A program made the position numbers and the translations under genes. 35,400 nt of DNA from Trichomonas gallinae. Its lineage: Eukaryota. Position 1 is the first letter of the stretch, and every line of letters starts with the position of its first letter. The notes beneath the pieces were generated by a model. The model searched no databases. It was given only the letters and a program-made list of their open reading frames with translations, and was not told where the DNA came from. The DNA lies in contig MRSU01004242.1 in assembly GCA_008369845.1 (NCBI GenBank), positions 1-35,400 of the forward strand. The letters are read 5' to 3'. Positions 10,821-19,633 of the stretch are shown here, piece after piece.

Positions 10821-13800
10821 ATGATATCTCCAGCCGAGAGGTTTGACGCCTTTTCGTCAAACCGTCTCAATAAGAAAGATAATGGAGTGGGATATCAGCT
10901 ATCATCGAGTCACGTTATTGGGCCAAAAACTCACGCGTTATTCGTTTTCTTTCATTTATTAAATCGATCTGTATCAAGTGCACCATGGATATTCTACTTA
11001 TCCCTGCTATTTACGTCAGCTCAAATCTTCGCTCAACAATTTGAACCTTATAATGCCGGAATTTGGAGAAATGATTATCCAAAACTTCAGACTTTTTTTA
11101 AAGTATGCACGATAATTGTTCGATATGTACCAGCAAATACAAGTGATGTAGCTGAATATGTCGTATTTGGATTTGCTGCAACTTTATCAGTTTTGCATCT
11201 CCTTAATTTCATTTATATCATTTATTTACTCAAGAGACAGAAAAATCCGTTGACATACATCAAGGTTTTCTTCTTCTACAGTTTTTTATTTTTTCCAATG
11301 TTTCAATCTTGCTTTATTACTACTTCAGCTAAGCATATAAGAGCCATATTCGAGCACCCTGCTGTTGGAACATTCTTTTTGTCAGCAGGAGCTTTAGTTG
11401 TTCTTGGCATGATTGTATTTATGTCAATAATTGCAGCTATAGCTACAGGAACATCACCAACGCCAAACATATCGAATCCAATCGCTATTTGGGCACCAAA
11501 CTCAGCTGATTCCGCTTTATTTTTCGTAATGTATACTTTTTGCTTCTCTATGGTCGAATTTGAATGCAACACAAGCGGAATAATTCTCAAGGTCCTCCTA
11601 CTTGTCCGATTAGTTCTCACATGCACGCTCGCAATCTTTCACGTTCCAAAGATTTATTATATTTCTTTCGGATATTATCAATATATTACTGCAGCGTTCA
11701 TGTCATTCAACTTATATGGAATTTTATTGATTATATTGACATTCCATCATGGGATAATTCCTATTTGGGCATTACTTGTAGTATGGATTTTTCTTCCAAT
11801 CATAATTTTCTCTCTTTTGAAGATATATACACACGTAAGGGTCAACAAAGTCCTAATCAAGCTCAACAACTCGCAGAAAGTCGAAGGAAGAAGAGGTGAT
11901 GAAGAACCATTGATAAGCGACATCGATCTTGGTAATTCAGAATCAGCATTGTTTGCTGTTAGAACAGCTTGCATTTTAGGCCTCGATTGTTTCATTGATG
12001 GCTCATTATTAAGATATGTTTTAACAACCTACGAAGATTTGGCATTTCAGATGCTATACATGTCATTCCTTATACCAGACAATCTGAATTTCCTGAAACA
12101 ATTGATAGATTCCTACTTATCTCGTCGAAATCCAAAATTTTTAGAGTCAGCCATTCTTTTCCAACTTCTAACGTCAATTCAAGAGTCATCCAATGAGATG
12201 AGCTCTGAAATATCCCGAGAAATCTCGAAACAGACACTTGCTGGATTTAAGATTGAAACAATCTTGTCCAAATTCTGGGCTGGATGCTACAAAGGTGATT
12301 TATCGCAAATGAGCAGGTCCACCTACATGTTATATCAAAATCTTTCTGAGCTTTATCAAGGTTGGAAAGAATTAGTCATGAGATATCCATATTCTCAGCC
12401 CACTCTTAAAGAATATGTAAAGTTTTTGAGCGGTGTTGGCAGACAACACAAGCTTGCAGAGTCAATTTTGAAATTCCATCCAAAATTATTAGACGCACCA
12501 ACAAATATTACCAATTTGAACCAAGACAATGATATAAATGTCCAGATTTTACATCAAAGCATTGAGGAAGCCGTTGATAGAAGACCACTTTCATCATTAT
12601 CTACTACAAAACTTCGACTTACGATCACAACTATATTAGCATTCCTCTTTATTTTAGCAGCAATAGTTATTGCTTTCGTTTTCATCAACATTAGTGCAGG
12701 TATGAGTAATTATTTATATAATTCCGATATTTCTTGCTCATTAATCATTCACACTCCTAATTTGTTCGAAAAAATCAAAAATAACGAAGAAGATGGCAGA
12801 GAAGCCTTCTTCAATCATTCAGTGATTTTAGATGTTTCTTTTACATCTTTATTACAGTCAATGCCACACAAGATCCTCCGTTCTCAATCAAATATGAATA
12901 ATTTGCTGTATAACAAAGTCTGCAAATACCAAAACATAGAAAACACGGGAATCGTGAAATTTTTGAGATTATATTCATATTACGCAAGATCTCTTCCATT
13001 TGTTCCTGTTACAGATGACCTTGTTACACTGATGCAAAATAACACATTCTCGTTAGGCTATCTCGTTTTCAACGCGTCTGATGCAGAATTAGTTTCGATT
13101 CAAAAGATAATTTCTGATTTGAATAAGTATATTCCAATATTCTACGGTGTAACATGGGGAGTAACTATATTGATCATGGCTCCTTTAGTTTTCTTCGCAC
13201 TGCAAAACGTCAAAGCTGAGTTGAAATATATTTTTAATCTGTACTTAACAATTCCTCGTTCAGTCATTACAAATTTCATGAATACAGATTCTAGGATAGG
13301 CAACCAAAGGGCAGGTCAGATTGTTCAGTCTGGGTACTTCAACATTCCAACAGGAACTCTCCCAGAAGAAGAAGTCACGCAAATAGTACAGCCGAACAAA
13401 GAATTCAGAGGTGTTGATAACCTAAAACTTTTAGTTCACGACCAAACAGCGACAACATCTGTTATTCCTAAATATTTCCAGCTAAAGGTGTGGCTGATAT
13501 TAGGTTCAATAACGTTCGTTTTATTAATAGCTGCAACAGTTGAAGTTTTCTTGTTCACTAATTTTGTCAATGAAATGGTTTTGAGTTTCAGAACATTACA
13601 AATTGTCGCTAGAAGAACCATAGGATGCTCTATTGCTTTGCAGGGTTTGCTTTCTAATTTCACCTTGTTTCCATATGATTGGGCAGTTTGGAGGCTTCAA
13701 TTGTCAAAAGAATTCAACAGCAAATTATTATTGGCTGTTGAAGGAGACGTTTCAAAAGATTTTCTCACCTCACCTGATTATTATGAGTTAGCTCATAATA

Positions 13801-15260
13801 AGTTTTGCACAAATGAATCAAATATAGACTGCTGGCCTTTCACCCACGTTTTCGACTATTTCATGATTTTAATTTCAAAAGCTTATAATTCATCAATAAC
13901 GGACGAAGAAATGTCAGATTTAGTTTCACTCTATAATAATTATTTGTATCCAAGAAGCTATGAACTGCATGAAGCAGGATACGAATACATAGAAGGTAGA
14001 TTCAAGGATGAGCAGCTTATTTTGTTATTGATTTTCTTTATTGTTATTTTATTTGTTGCATTGAACAGTTTCATTTTCTTGAGGCCTATAATCAAGCAGC
14101 TTGATGAGACAATAGAAGCAGTCAAACTTCCTCTGAAATATATTCCACCAATTAAAGTCCCAGATCTTCCAAGAATCATGCAATATCTTCAAGGTGAAGC
14201 TGACTGGCACCAAGGAAGGAACAACACAGAAAATTCGGACTCAAAATTCGGAAATTATTTGAATATCATCGAGTATCCACACGCTATATTCGAAAAGGAC
14301 AAATCATTGTTATTCGCCAATCCTTCTTTCTACAATTTAATTGGTGCACCAAGAGAAGCATGCATCGGTTTGAGCATTGAAGCAATCTTTGGAAGACTGA
14401 TCAATTTCAAGGCTGATCCAAAGCATCCTTTCAACTACGTCTTGGAGTACATGTCTGATCACGACGGAAAAGAAGAAGTCTGCATGAAGATAACAACGCA
14501 ATTCGAGAGAGGAACACATAAATCGAAACACGTTGATATCCATTTATCAAAAATTGAAGCCGAAGATGATAAATACGTTTTTGTTTTATCGTTCGATGAT
14601 TTGACGAATCATTACATGAAAGAAGAGATGGCGAGATATGAGAGACAGATGGCAGAGAACTTGAGGCATTACACATTCCCCCAGCCACTTTACAACGCTT
14701 TGACAATCGAAGGAGGAGAAATCAAAGAAAAAACATATGACAGAGCCGCACAAGCTTGTTTCTCCATTTCTTATGCAACTCTTCGCGGTGAGAATGAAGG
14801 AGATCTCGCGGATGGATGCTCTTTGTTCATGAAATCGGCAAAAGAAGTCTCAGGGGTCTTCCCGAATATCGTGAAATTGGTTCATGAACCGCCCCATTTC
14901 ATTTTCCTTTCTATTCCAGATGACAGTGAGCCAGTTGATGTTATGGCAATTCAAATGGTACACTTCATCAACGCAGTCATCAACTCGTTCAACACCAGCT
15001 CGCAAAAGTTCAAGATTTCTGCAATTATGCTCGTTGGCCAAATCTTGCTTGTCCCACTCAAAGCTAAGCTTGCCGTTGTCGAAGCGTTTGGACATGGATA
15101 CAAGAGACTTATCATAGCGAGAAACAGGATAAAGAACACAGGAAAGTTTTATGTTACTAAAGACACAGCTGCATTGCTTACTGATCAAAACAGCGTCGCA
15201 TTATCGGAAGACCACGATTATGACTTAGTTCTTGTTACTAATAAGCACATTGATGAATAA
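10821..15260 (+). CDS. Multi-pass transmembrane PAS plus class III (adenylyl/guanylyl) cyclase-like protein with a degenerate catalytic domain
   Basis: An N-terminal TM cluster, LSKFWAG...MRYPYS...EYVKFL cytosolic motif, two further TM pairs, a PAS-like segment (PHAIFEKDKSLLFANPSFYNLIG...FVLSFDDLT), a helix NLRHYTFPQPL and a cyclase-sized C-terminal domain. This is the trichomonad TM-cyclase architecture. Confidence 0.75.
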   Translation: MISPAERFDAFSSNRLNKKDNGVGYQLSSSHVIGPKTHALFVFFHLLNRSVSSAPWIFYLSLLFTSAQIFAQQFEPYNAGIWRNDYPKLQTFFKVCTIIVRYVPANTSDVAEYVVFGFAATLSVLHLLNFIYIIYLLKRQKNPLTYIKVFFFYSFLFFPMFQSCFITTSAKHIRAIFEHPAVGTFFLSAGALVVLGMIVFMSIIAAIATGTSPTPNISNPIAIWAPNSADSALFFVMYTFCFSMVEFECNTSGIILKVLLLVRLVLTCTLAIFHVPKIYYISFGYYQYITAAFMSFNLYGILLIILTFHHGIIPIWALLVVWIFLPIIIFSLLKIYTHVRVNKVLIKLNNSQKVEGRRGDEEPLISDIDLGNSESALFAVRTACILGLDCFIDGSLLRYVLTTYEDLAFQMLYMSFLIPDNLNFLKQLIDSYLSRRNPKFLESAILFQLLTSIQESSNEMSSEISREISKQTLAGFKIETILSKFWAGCYKGDLSQMSRSTYMLYQNLSELYQGWKELVMRYPYSQPTLKEYVKFLSGVGRQHKLAESILKFHPKLLDAPTNITNLNQDNDINVQILHQSIEEAVDRRPLSSLSTTKLRLTITTILAFLFILAAIVIAFVFINISAGMSNYLYNSDISCSLIIHTPNLFEKIKNNEEDGREAFFNHSVILDVSFTSLLQSMPHKILRSQSNMNNLLYNKVCKYQNIENTGIVKFLRLYSYYARSLPFVPVTDDLVTLMQNNTFSLGYLVFNASDAELVSIQKIISDLNKYIPIFYGVTWGVTILIMAPLVFFALQNVKAELKYIFNLYLTIPRSVITNFMNTDSRIGNQRAGQIVQSGYFNIPTGTLPEEEVTQIVQPNKEFRGVDNLKLLVHDQTATTSVIPKYFQLKVWLILGSITFVLLIAATVEVFLFTNFVNEMVLSFRTLQIVARRTIGCSIALQGLLSNFTLFPYDWAVWRLQLSKEFNSKLLLAVEGDVSKDFLTSPDYYELAHNKFCTNESNIDCWPFTHVFDYFMILISKAYNSSITDEEMSDLVSLYNNYLYPRSYELHEAGYEYIEGRFKDEQLILLLIFFIVILFVALNSFIFLRPIIKQLDETIEAVKLPLKYIPPIKVPDLPRIMQYLQGEADWHQGRNNTENSDSKFGNYLNIIEYPHAIFEKDKSLLFANPSFYNLIGAPREACIGLSIEAIFGRLINFKADPKHPFNYVLEYMSDHDGKEEVCMKITTQFERGTHKSKHVDIHLSKIEAEDDKYVFVLSFDDLTNHYMKEEMARYERQMAENLRHYTFPQPLYNALTIEGGEIKEKTYDRAAQACFSISYATLRGENEGDLADGCSLFMKSAKEVSGVFPNIVKLVHEPPHFIFLSIPDDSEPVDVMAIQMVHFINAVINSFNTSSQKFKISAIMLVGQILLVPLKAKLAVVEAFGHGYKRLIIARNRIKNTGKFYVTKDTAALLTDQNSVALSEDHDYDLVLVTNKHIDE

Positions 15261-15430
15261 TTTTGTTTGTATATATGTGTTATATATGTTTGTTTTGTTT
15301 TATTTTATTATAAATGTTGTTTTATGTTTGAATTTTATAAATAGCATTAGGGGAAAACGGGTTAAAATTAGAAACATAAAATAATGTCAATTTTGAATTC
15401 CTATAGAATTTGTACAAAATTTGACACTTA

Positions 15431-15458
15431 AAAGTGACATTTTGATGTGCTGATCATT
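15431..15458 (+). promoter_or_regulatory. Motif-2-like AAAGTGAC plus Inr TCATT upstream of gene B
   Basis: AAAGTGAC at 15431-15438 and TCATT at 15454-15458, 19 nt before ATG 15473. Confidence 0.5.
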
Positions 15459-15472
15459 CTAATATCCGTTGA

Positions 15473-16600
15473 ATGTAGTTGAAATCATATTCACTTGTGA
15501 ATCACTCAAAGGGAAAGGAGAAAGTTGATATTCAAGACTGTAACACAACTTTTACATTCAATTTTCCATGCGAATTAGATTATGACTGCACTGATTACAA
15601 ATTGGTTTTAGGACCAGGAAAATACATATTTGAATTATATGCAGCATCAGGCGGCCATGCAAATAATAGAGTGAGTCTCTACCAAGATGAAAATGGAATA
15701 TGTAAATTTATGAATGAATCGATGCAGATTGGAGCAAATATAGAATGTAATCAAATACCAAGCCGAGGCGGTGCAGGAGGATATATATCGGGAATATTGA
15801 AGTTAAAAAAGACAGCAATCGCCTATTTGACAATAGGAGGAAAAGGTGAGTATGCATCAACTCGGCCTGATGCATCAGACACATTTGACTATAAAAAGCC
15901 TCATATGAGTTATGGGGGCTATGGTGGAGGTGGAAGCGGCGGATCTCCTACTATTAGTGGTGGCGGTGGCGGTCAGACAAGCTTGTCTTTTGAGATAAAT
16001 GATCTTTGGCATCGTGTCTTGGTTAGTGGAGCTGGTGGTGGTGCAGATAATGAGTTTGGAACCTACCATGGTGATGACGATGGATCTGGAGGATCAGGTG
16101 GAGGTTTTATCGCTCAAGGATGGTGGACTAATGGCGTTTATAATGGAGAATATTTGGCAAAATCTGACAGTGGCTTTACTTTTGGGTCAGGAGAAGCTGC
16201 TCAAAGAATTCGCTCGAAAAATCCAAATGGAGTTGCACAATCAGGTGCTGAAGATAAACCAGGTAGTGGCGGTGGATGGTTTGGTGGATTTTCCAGCCAT
16301 GGTGGTAATTCTGGAAGTGGTGGTGGAAGTTCGTGGGCTTTAACAAAAGATGCTATCATTCCTGATGGATTAATTCAAGCTCATGATGAATTTTATAATC
16401 TAATTGATGAGAAACCATATGCATTCAACAAAAATAGTTTATATATTTTTTCTGAAGTTAAAATTATTCCTGGTGTTTGGGATGGTAATGGGAAAGCAAT
16501 TATTACTATTTTAAATCAAGAATGCTACTGTGAATGCAGTTATTCCAACAATTGCTATTCCATATCAGTGCTATTAATTATGCCTTTTATTTTATGCTGA
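15473..16600 (+). CDS. Glycine-rich protein B (same subfamily as A); ATG immediately followed by TAG
   Basis: ATG TAG TTG AAA TCA..., then 373 open codons. It shares FTFNFPC, PGKYIFELYAASGG, GGAGGYISG, RVLVSGAGGGADN, GDDDGSGGSGG, SGFTFGSG, GGGWFGG and GNGKAIITIL with A. Cys-rich linker and hydrophobic tail. The next in-frame ATG is 15710. Confidence 0.75.
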
Positions 16601-16638
16601 ATAAAAAATTGTACTTTTCTAATGAAGTCATTTAAATT

Positions 16639-17348
16639 GATAATACAGCATTAATTTTTGCATCAAAGTTTGATCATAATATAATCCATATAATCTAAAA
16701 TTTTCTTGAAGAATCATTATTTTTAGATATTACATATTATGTAGTGTTCTATTGAAATAAGATTGTGTATATAAAACTGACATAGGGAGATTCGAGCTCG
16801 ATGAAAATTATGCATTTCAAGCTGGCAAATTTGCTAAAAATATATCATTTGAAGGCACTGAGCTTCAATACATTGATGATAATTCGTTCTTTCGTTGTAA
16901 TTTTGAATATATAACTTTGTCACAAAATTTGATTGGAATTGGAAATAATGCGTTCGGTAATTGTCGTAATCTTAAAATCTACAAAATTTGTGAAAGAATT
17001 GCAATAGGAAACGACAAAGATGTCATGTCATTTGCCGTAAGAGAGAATTTCGTTTATGTTACAGAAAAAAGTGAATATGCCAGAAACATCTTCACTAAAG
17101 CAGCAGAAAATAACAAGTTAGACTTGGCTCATCTTTTGATCGAATCTTGTATTGACATTAACTGTAGAGACAATGACAATTATACAGCTTTGATCTTGGC
17201 TTCATTTAAAGGTCATCATTAAGTTGTCTAACTCCTTCTCAAAGGTTCTGGAATAAATGCCAACACAAAAGACAAATGGAAAGAAACCGTTTTGTTTTAT
17301 GCTTCAATGGAGCGTCATCATGAAGATGTAAATGCTGAAAGCTCATAG
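16639..17348 (+). pseudogene. Degraded ankyrin / BspA-LRR / ankyrin mosaic
   Basis: 16639-16698 reads DNTALIFASKFDH (ankyrin). About 16761-16980 reads NYAFQ..LQYIDDNSFFRCNFEYITLSQNLIGIGNNAFGNCRNLK (TpLRR/BspA). About 17090-17348 reads AAENNKLDLAHLLIESCIDINCRDNDNYTALILASFKGHH*VV*LLLKGSGINANTKDKWKETVLFYAS, with in-frame TAA at 17220 and 17229. No N-terminal ATG. Confidence 0.8.
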
Positions 17349-17701
17349 TGCAATTTATCTTATTCTACATACATATAAGTTAGTCTACAGAAGTAAACTA
17401 CTATTAAAAAATTCAAATCAATTTTGAAACCTAATTTTTCAATTATTTTCATGATAACATCTATGGCTGTGCGAATTCTCACTTTTTATCAGTGAACGAA
17501 ATGTGAAATTTTATTTAGCGACGCGGAATCCTCTTGAAATATCTGTAATACTCTGCAAATATAGCGCACCTCCTTTTAATTTCGCACATCCCTATCAATA
17601 ATATCATGATATCACTGCAAGGATATTATACCTATGTCAACAAAATTTGACATCTGACATTTTACGCGACAAATTTAACTTGTCAAATGTGAAAGACACG
17701 A

Positions 17702-17709
17702 AACGGTTT
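17702..17709 (+). promoter_or_regulatory. M3-type (Myb-like) core promoter element AACGGTTT
   Basis: Fits DRCSGYTD and lies 17 nt before ATG 17727. Confidence 0.55.
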
Positions 17710-17726
17710 TGTCTTAATTAAAAAAA

Positions 17727-18125
17727 ATGGAGGAGGAACTGAACCGTTTCGCCAGGGCATTTGTTGACTGGTATTATGGAAAATTTAACACAAACAAGGA
17801 AGAAGTTCTTGGTCTTTACAACGAGAATTCCCTTGTTACTTTCCAAGAAAAGCAATATTCCGGAACAAACCAAATGACAAACAAATTATGGATCGAAGAG
17901 ACAATTACATCATCATATCTCATCCAAATGACAAAAACACCATCTCCTTTCTTCACAATTCAGCCATCTATCAGCAATACTGTTCTCATTTCTGTTCAGG
18001 GCAACTGCAGAATGACACCAGAGGAAGCTGAAGAGATTGGTTTCTTCGAAATTTTCCTTGTCGGTCAGACAGAAGGCGGTGGTTTTGTTATTCTTAACCA
18101 AATTTTCTCCACAGCCTCTGTTTAA
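17727..18125 (+). CDS. NTF2: Nuclear transport factor 2 family protein
   Basis: FARAFVDWYYGKFNTNKEEVLGLYNENSLVTFQ, IQPS..TVLISVQG and FFEIFLV..GGGFVILNQIF. The 132 aa length is typical of NTF2. Confidence 0.88.
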   Translation: MEEELNRFARAFVDWYYGKFNTNKEEVLGLYNENSLVTFQEKQYSGTNQMTNKLWIEETITSSYLIQMTKTPSPFFTIQPSISNTVLISVQGNCRMTPEEAEEIGFFEIFLVGQTEGGGFVILNQIFSTASV

Positions 18126-18177
18126 ACAATATTACAGAAAAACATTATTACATAAATTATTTTATTGATACAACAAT

Positions 18178-19458
18178 TTATTTCTTATTTAATTCTGGTC
18201 CGTAGAATCCAATCTTTGGTAAATTATTTTTCTGAATTGCTTGATCTGCTTGGAAAACGAACTGCGAGGCGCATACTACTTCTGGCAAGACGAAATCTTC
18301 CACGAATTCGTGGTTTTGCGGTAATTTGCCTTCGGAAATTACATAAGCTTTAGCATTGCCATATTTGGCATAGACATTGAATTTCTTGATGTCAGATGCT
18401 GAAGGAGCAATGGAAATCTTGCGAACACACTTTGGAGATTTCGATTTGTACAAAACGCCATATTTCTGGATTTCTGGATTAAATTCGTGATAAAAATCAT
18501 AAAGTTCAACTGATTCTTTAAGTAATGCAGCTTCTTCACTACGTCTCATTGAATTCAATTTCGAGATTAAGTTTTTAAGCTTTGTCATTGAAGATGGGTC
18601 ACTGGATGGTAAAGACGTATCAAGTTCTTTCCTTCTATTTTGTTTTGAGGTTGAAATTTCTTCATTTGGTTTTGGAACTGGAGTTGAAACCTTTGCTTGT
18701 GGAGCTGTTGGCTTTGGTGTTGACGGAGCTTCTGTTGGAATAGATTTTGTAGGCGATTGTGTTGATGTTGAAATTGTTGGAATTTGTGTTGGCTTATTTG
18801 TTGGTTTTGATGTTGGTGACGCTGTTGTTGGAACTTGTGTTGGTGTATTTGTTGGTTTTGGTGTTGAAGGAATTGAAGTTGGAATTATTGTTGTAGTTGG
18901 TAGAATTGTTTGCTTCACTGTTGTAGGAATTTGTGTAGGAATTGTTGTTTGCTTAGCTGTTGCAGTTGGTGCCTTGGAAATTGTTGACTTTGAAGATGTT
19001 GGAATTTGTGTACTTGATTTTGTAGAAACAGTTGTGGTTTGCGGTGTTTTTACATGCGAAGTTGAAGTTGTTTGATAAGATGTGCGAGTTGGTTCAATTG
19101 TTTCTTTCGGAATATTTGTAATCTGGACAGTAGAATGTGGTGTAGGCGCCACTGTTGGTATATGTGTCGGAGAAGGTGAAGGAGCTGGAGTATTAACTAC
19201 TGGTGTTGACTTTGGTGTAGGAATCGGAGTCGGAGTTTGTTTAATTTCTTGTTTTGTCATAGGTGTAGGTGTTGGCTTAATTTCTATTTTCTCTTCTGAT
19301 TTACTTATTAATTTCTCTTCAATATTGTTAAATATATTTTTTCTGCTGATAACAAGCTTTTCATTGTCAATTTGATAATAATAGGAGGGTGACTTAAGTA
19401 GCGTTAAAGGAAGAGTTATTGTTCCAAATATGTTTAACGCAAAAACAAATAGTTTCAT
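18178..19458 (-). CDS. Thr/Pro-rich mucin-like protein with N-terminal hydrophobic anchor, short coiled coil and C-terminal globular domain
   Basis: N-terminus MKLFVFALNIFGTITLPLTLL, about 200 aa of TPxPT/TQIPT repeats, helix MTKLKNLISKLNSMRR and a beta-rich C-terminus. Confidence 0.8.
   Translation of the reverse strand: MKLFVFALNIFGTITLPLTLLKSPSYYYQIDNEKLVISRKNIFNNIEEKLISKSEEKIEIKPTPTPMTKQEIKQTPTPIPTPKSTPVVNTPAPSPSPTHIPTVAPTPHSTVQITNIPKETIEPTRTSYQTTSTSHVKTPQTTTVSTKSSTQIPTSSKSTISKAPTATAKQTTIPTQIPTTVKQTILPTTTIIPTSIPSTPKPTNTPTQVPTTASPTSKPTNKPTQIPTISTSTQSPTKSIPTEAPSTPKPTAPQAKVSTPVPKPNEEISTSKQNRRKELDTSLPSSDPSSMTKLKNLISKLNSMRRSEEAALLKESVELYDFYHEFNPEIQKYGVLYKSKSPKCVRKISIAPSASDIKKFNVYAKYGNAKAYVISEGKLPQNHEFVEDFVLPEVVCASQFVFQADQAIQKNNLPKIGFYGPELNKK
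18680..19275 (-). repeat. Low-complexity Thr/Pro coding repeats (TPKPT, TQIPT, KQTTIPT)
   Basis: Recurring TGTTGG/TGTAGG/TTGGT units on the + strand. Confidence 0.75.
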
Positions 19459-19479
19459 ATAAAAAAATCTGAAAAATAT

Positions 19480-19601
19480 AATGTCAAAAATGGCCTTTTG
19501 TCATGTAAAATTTATTTTGCCACGCAAAAGTTCAAAAAATGACTTTTTGTCATGTAAAATATATGTAAAAAGATAATGTCAAAAAGATTTTGCCATGTAA
19601 A
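19480..19601 (+). repeat. Three imperfect ~30-bp units (AATGTCAAAAA-n-TTTTGTCATGTAAA) in a divergent promoter
   Basis: Units start at about 19480, 19528 and 19575. The core TTTTGTCATGTAAA is at 19496 and 19545, with variants at 19515 and 19588. Confidence 0.65.
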
Positions 19602-19633
19602 GAAAATGTAATAAAATGTCAAAAAATTAATAA

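Noticed and set aside
19480..19601. CRISPR-like array
   Set aside because: The units are imperfect with short AT-rich spacers, the context is eukaryotic and there are no cas genes. It is better read as promoter elements.
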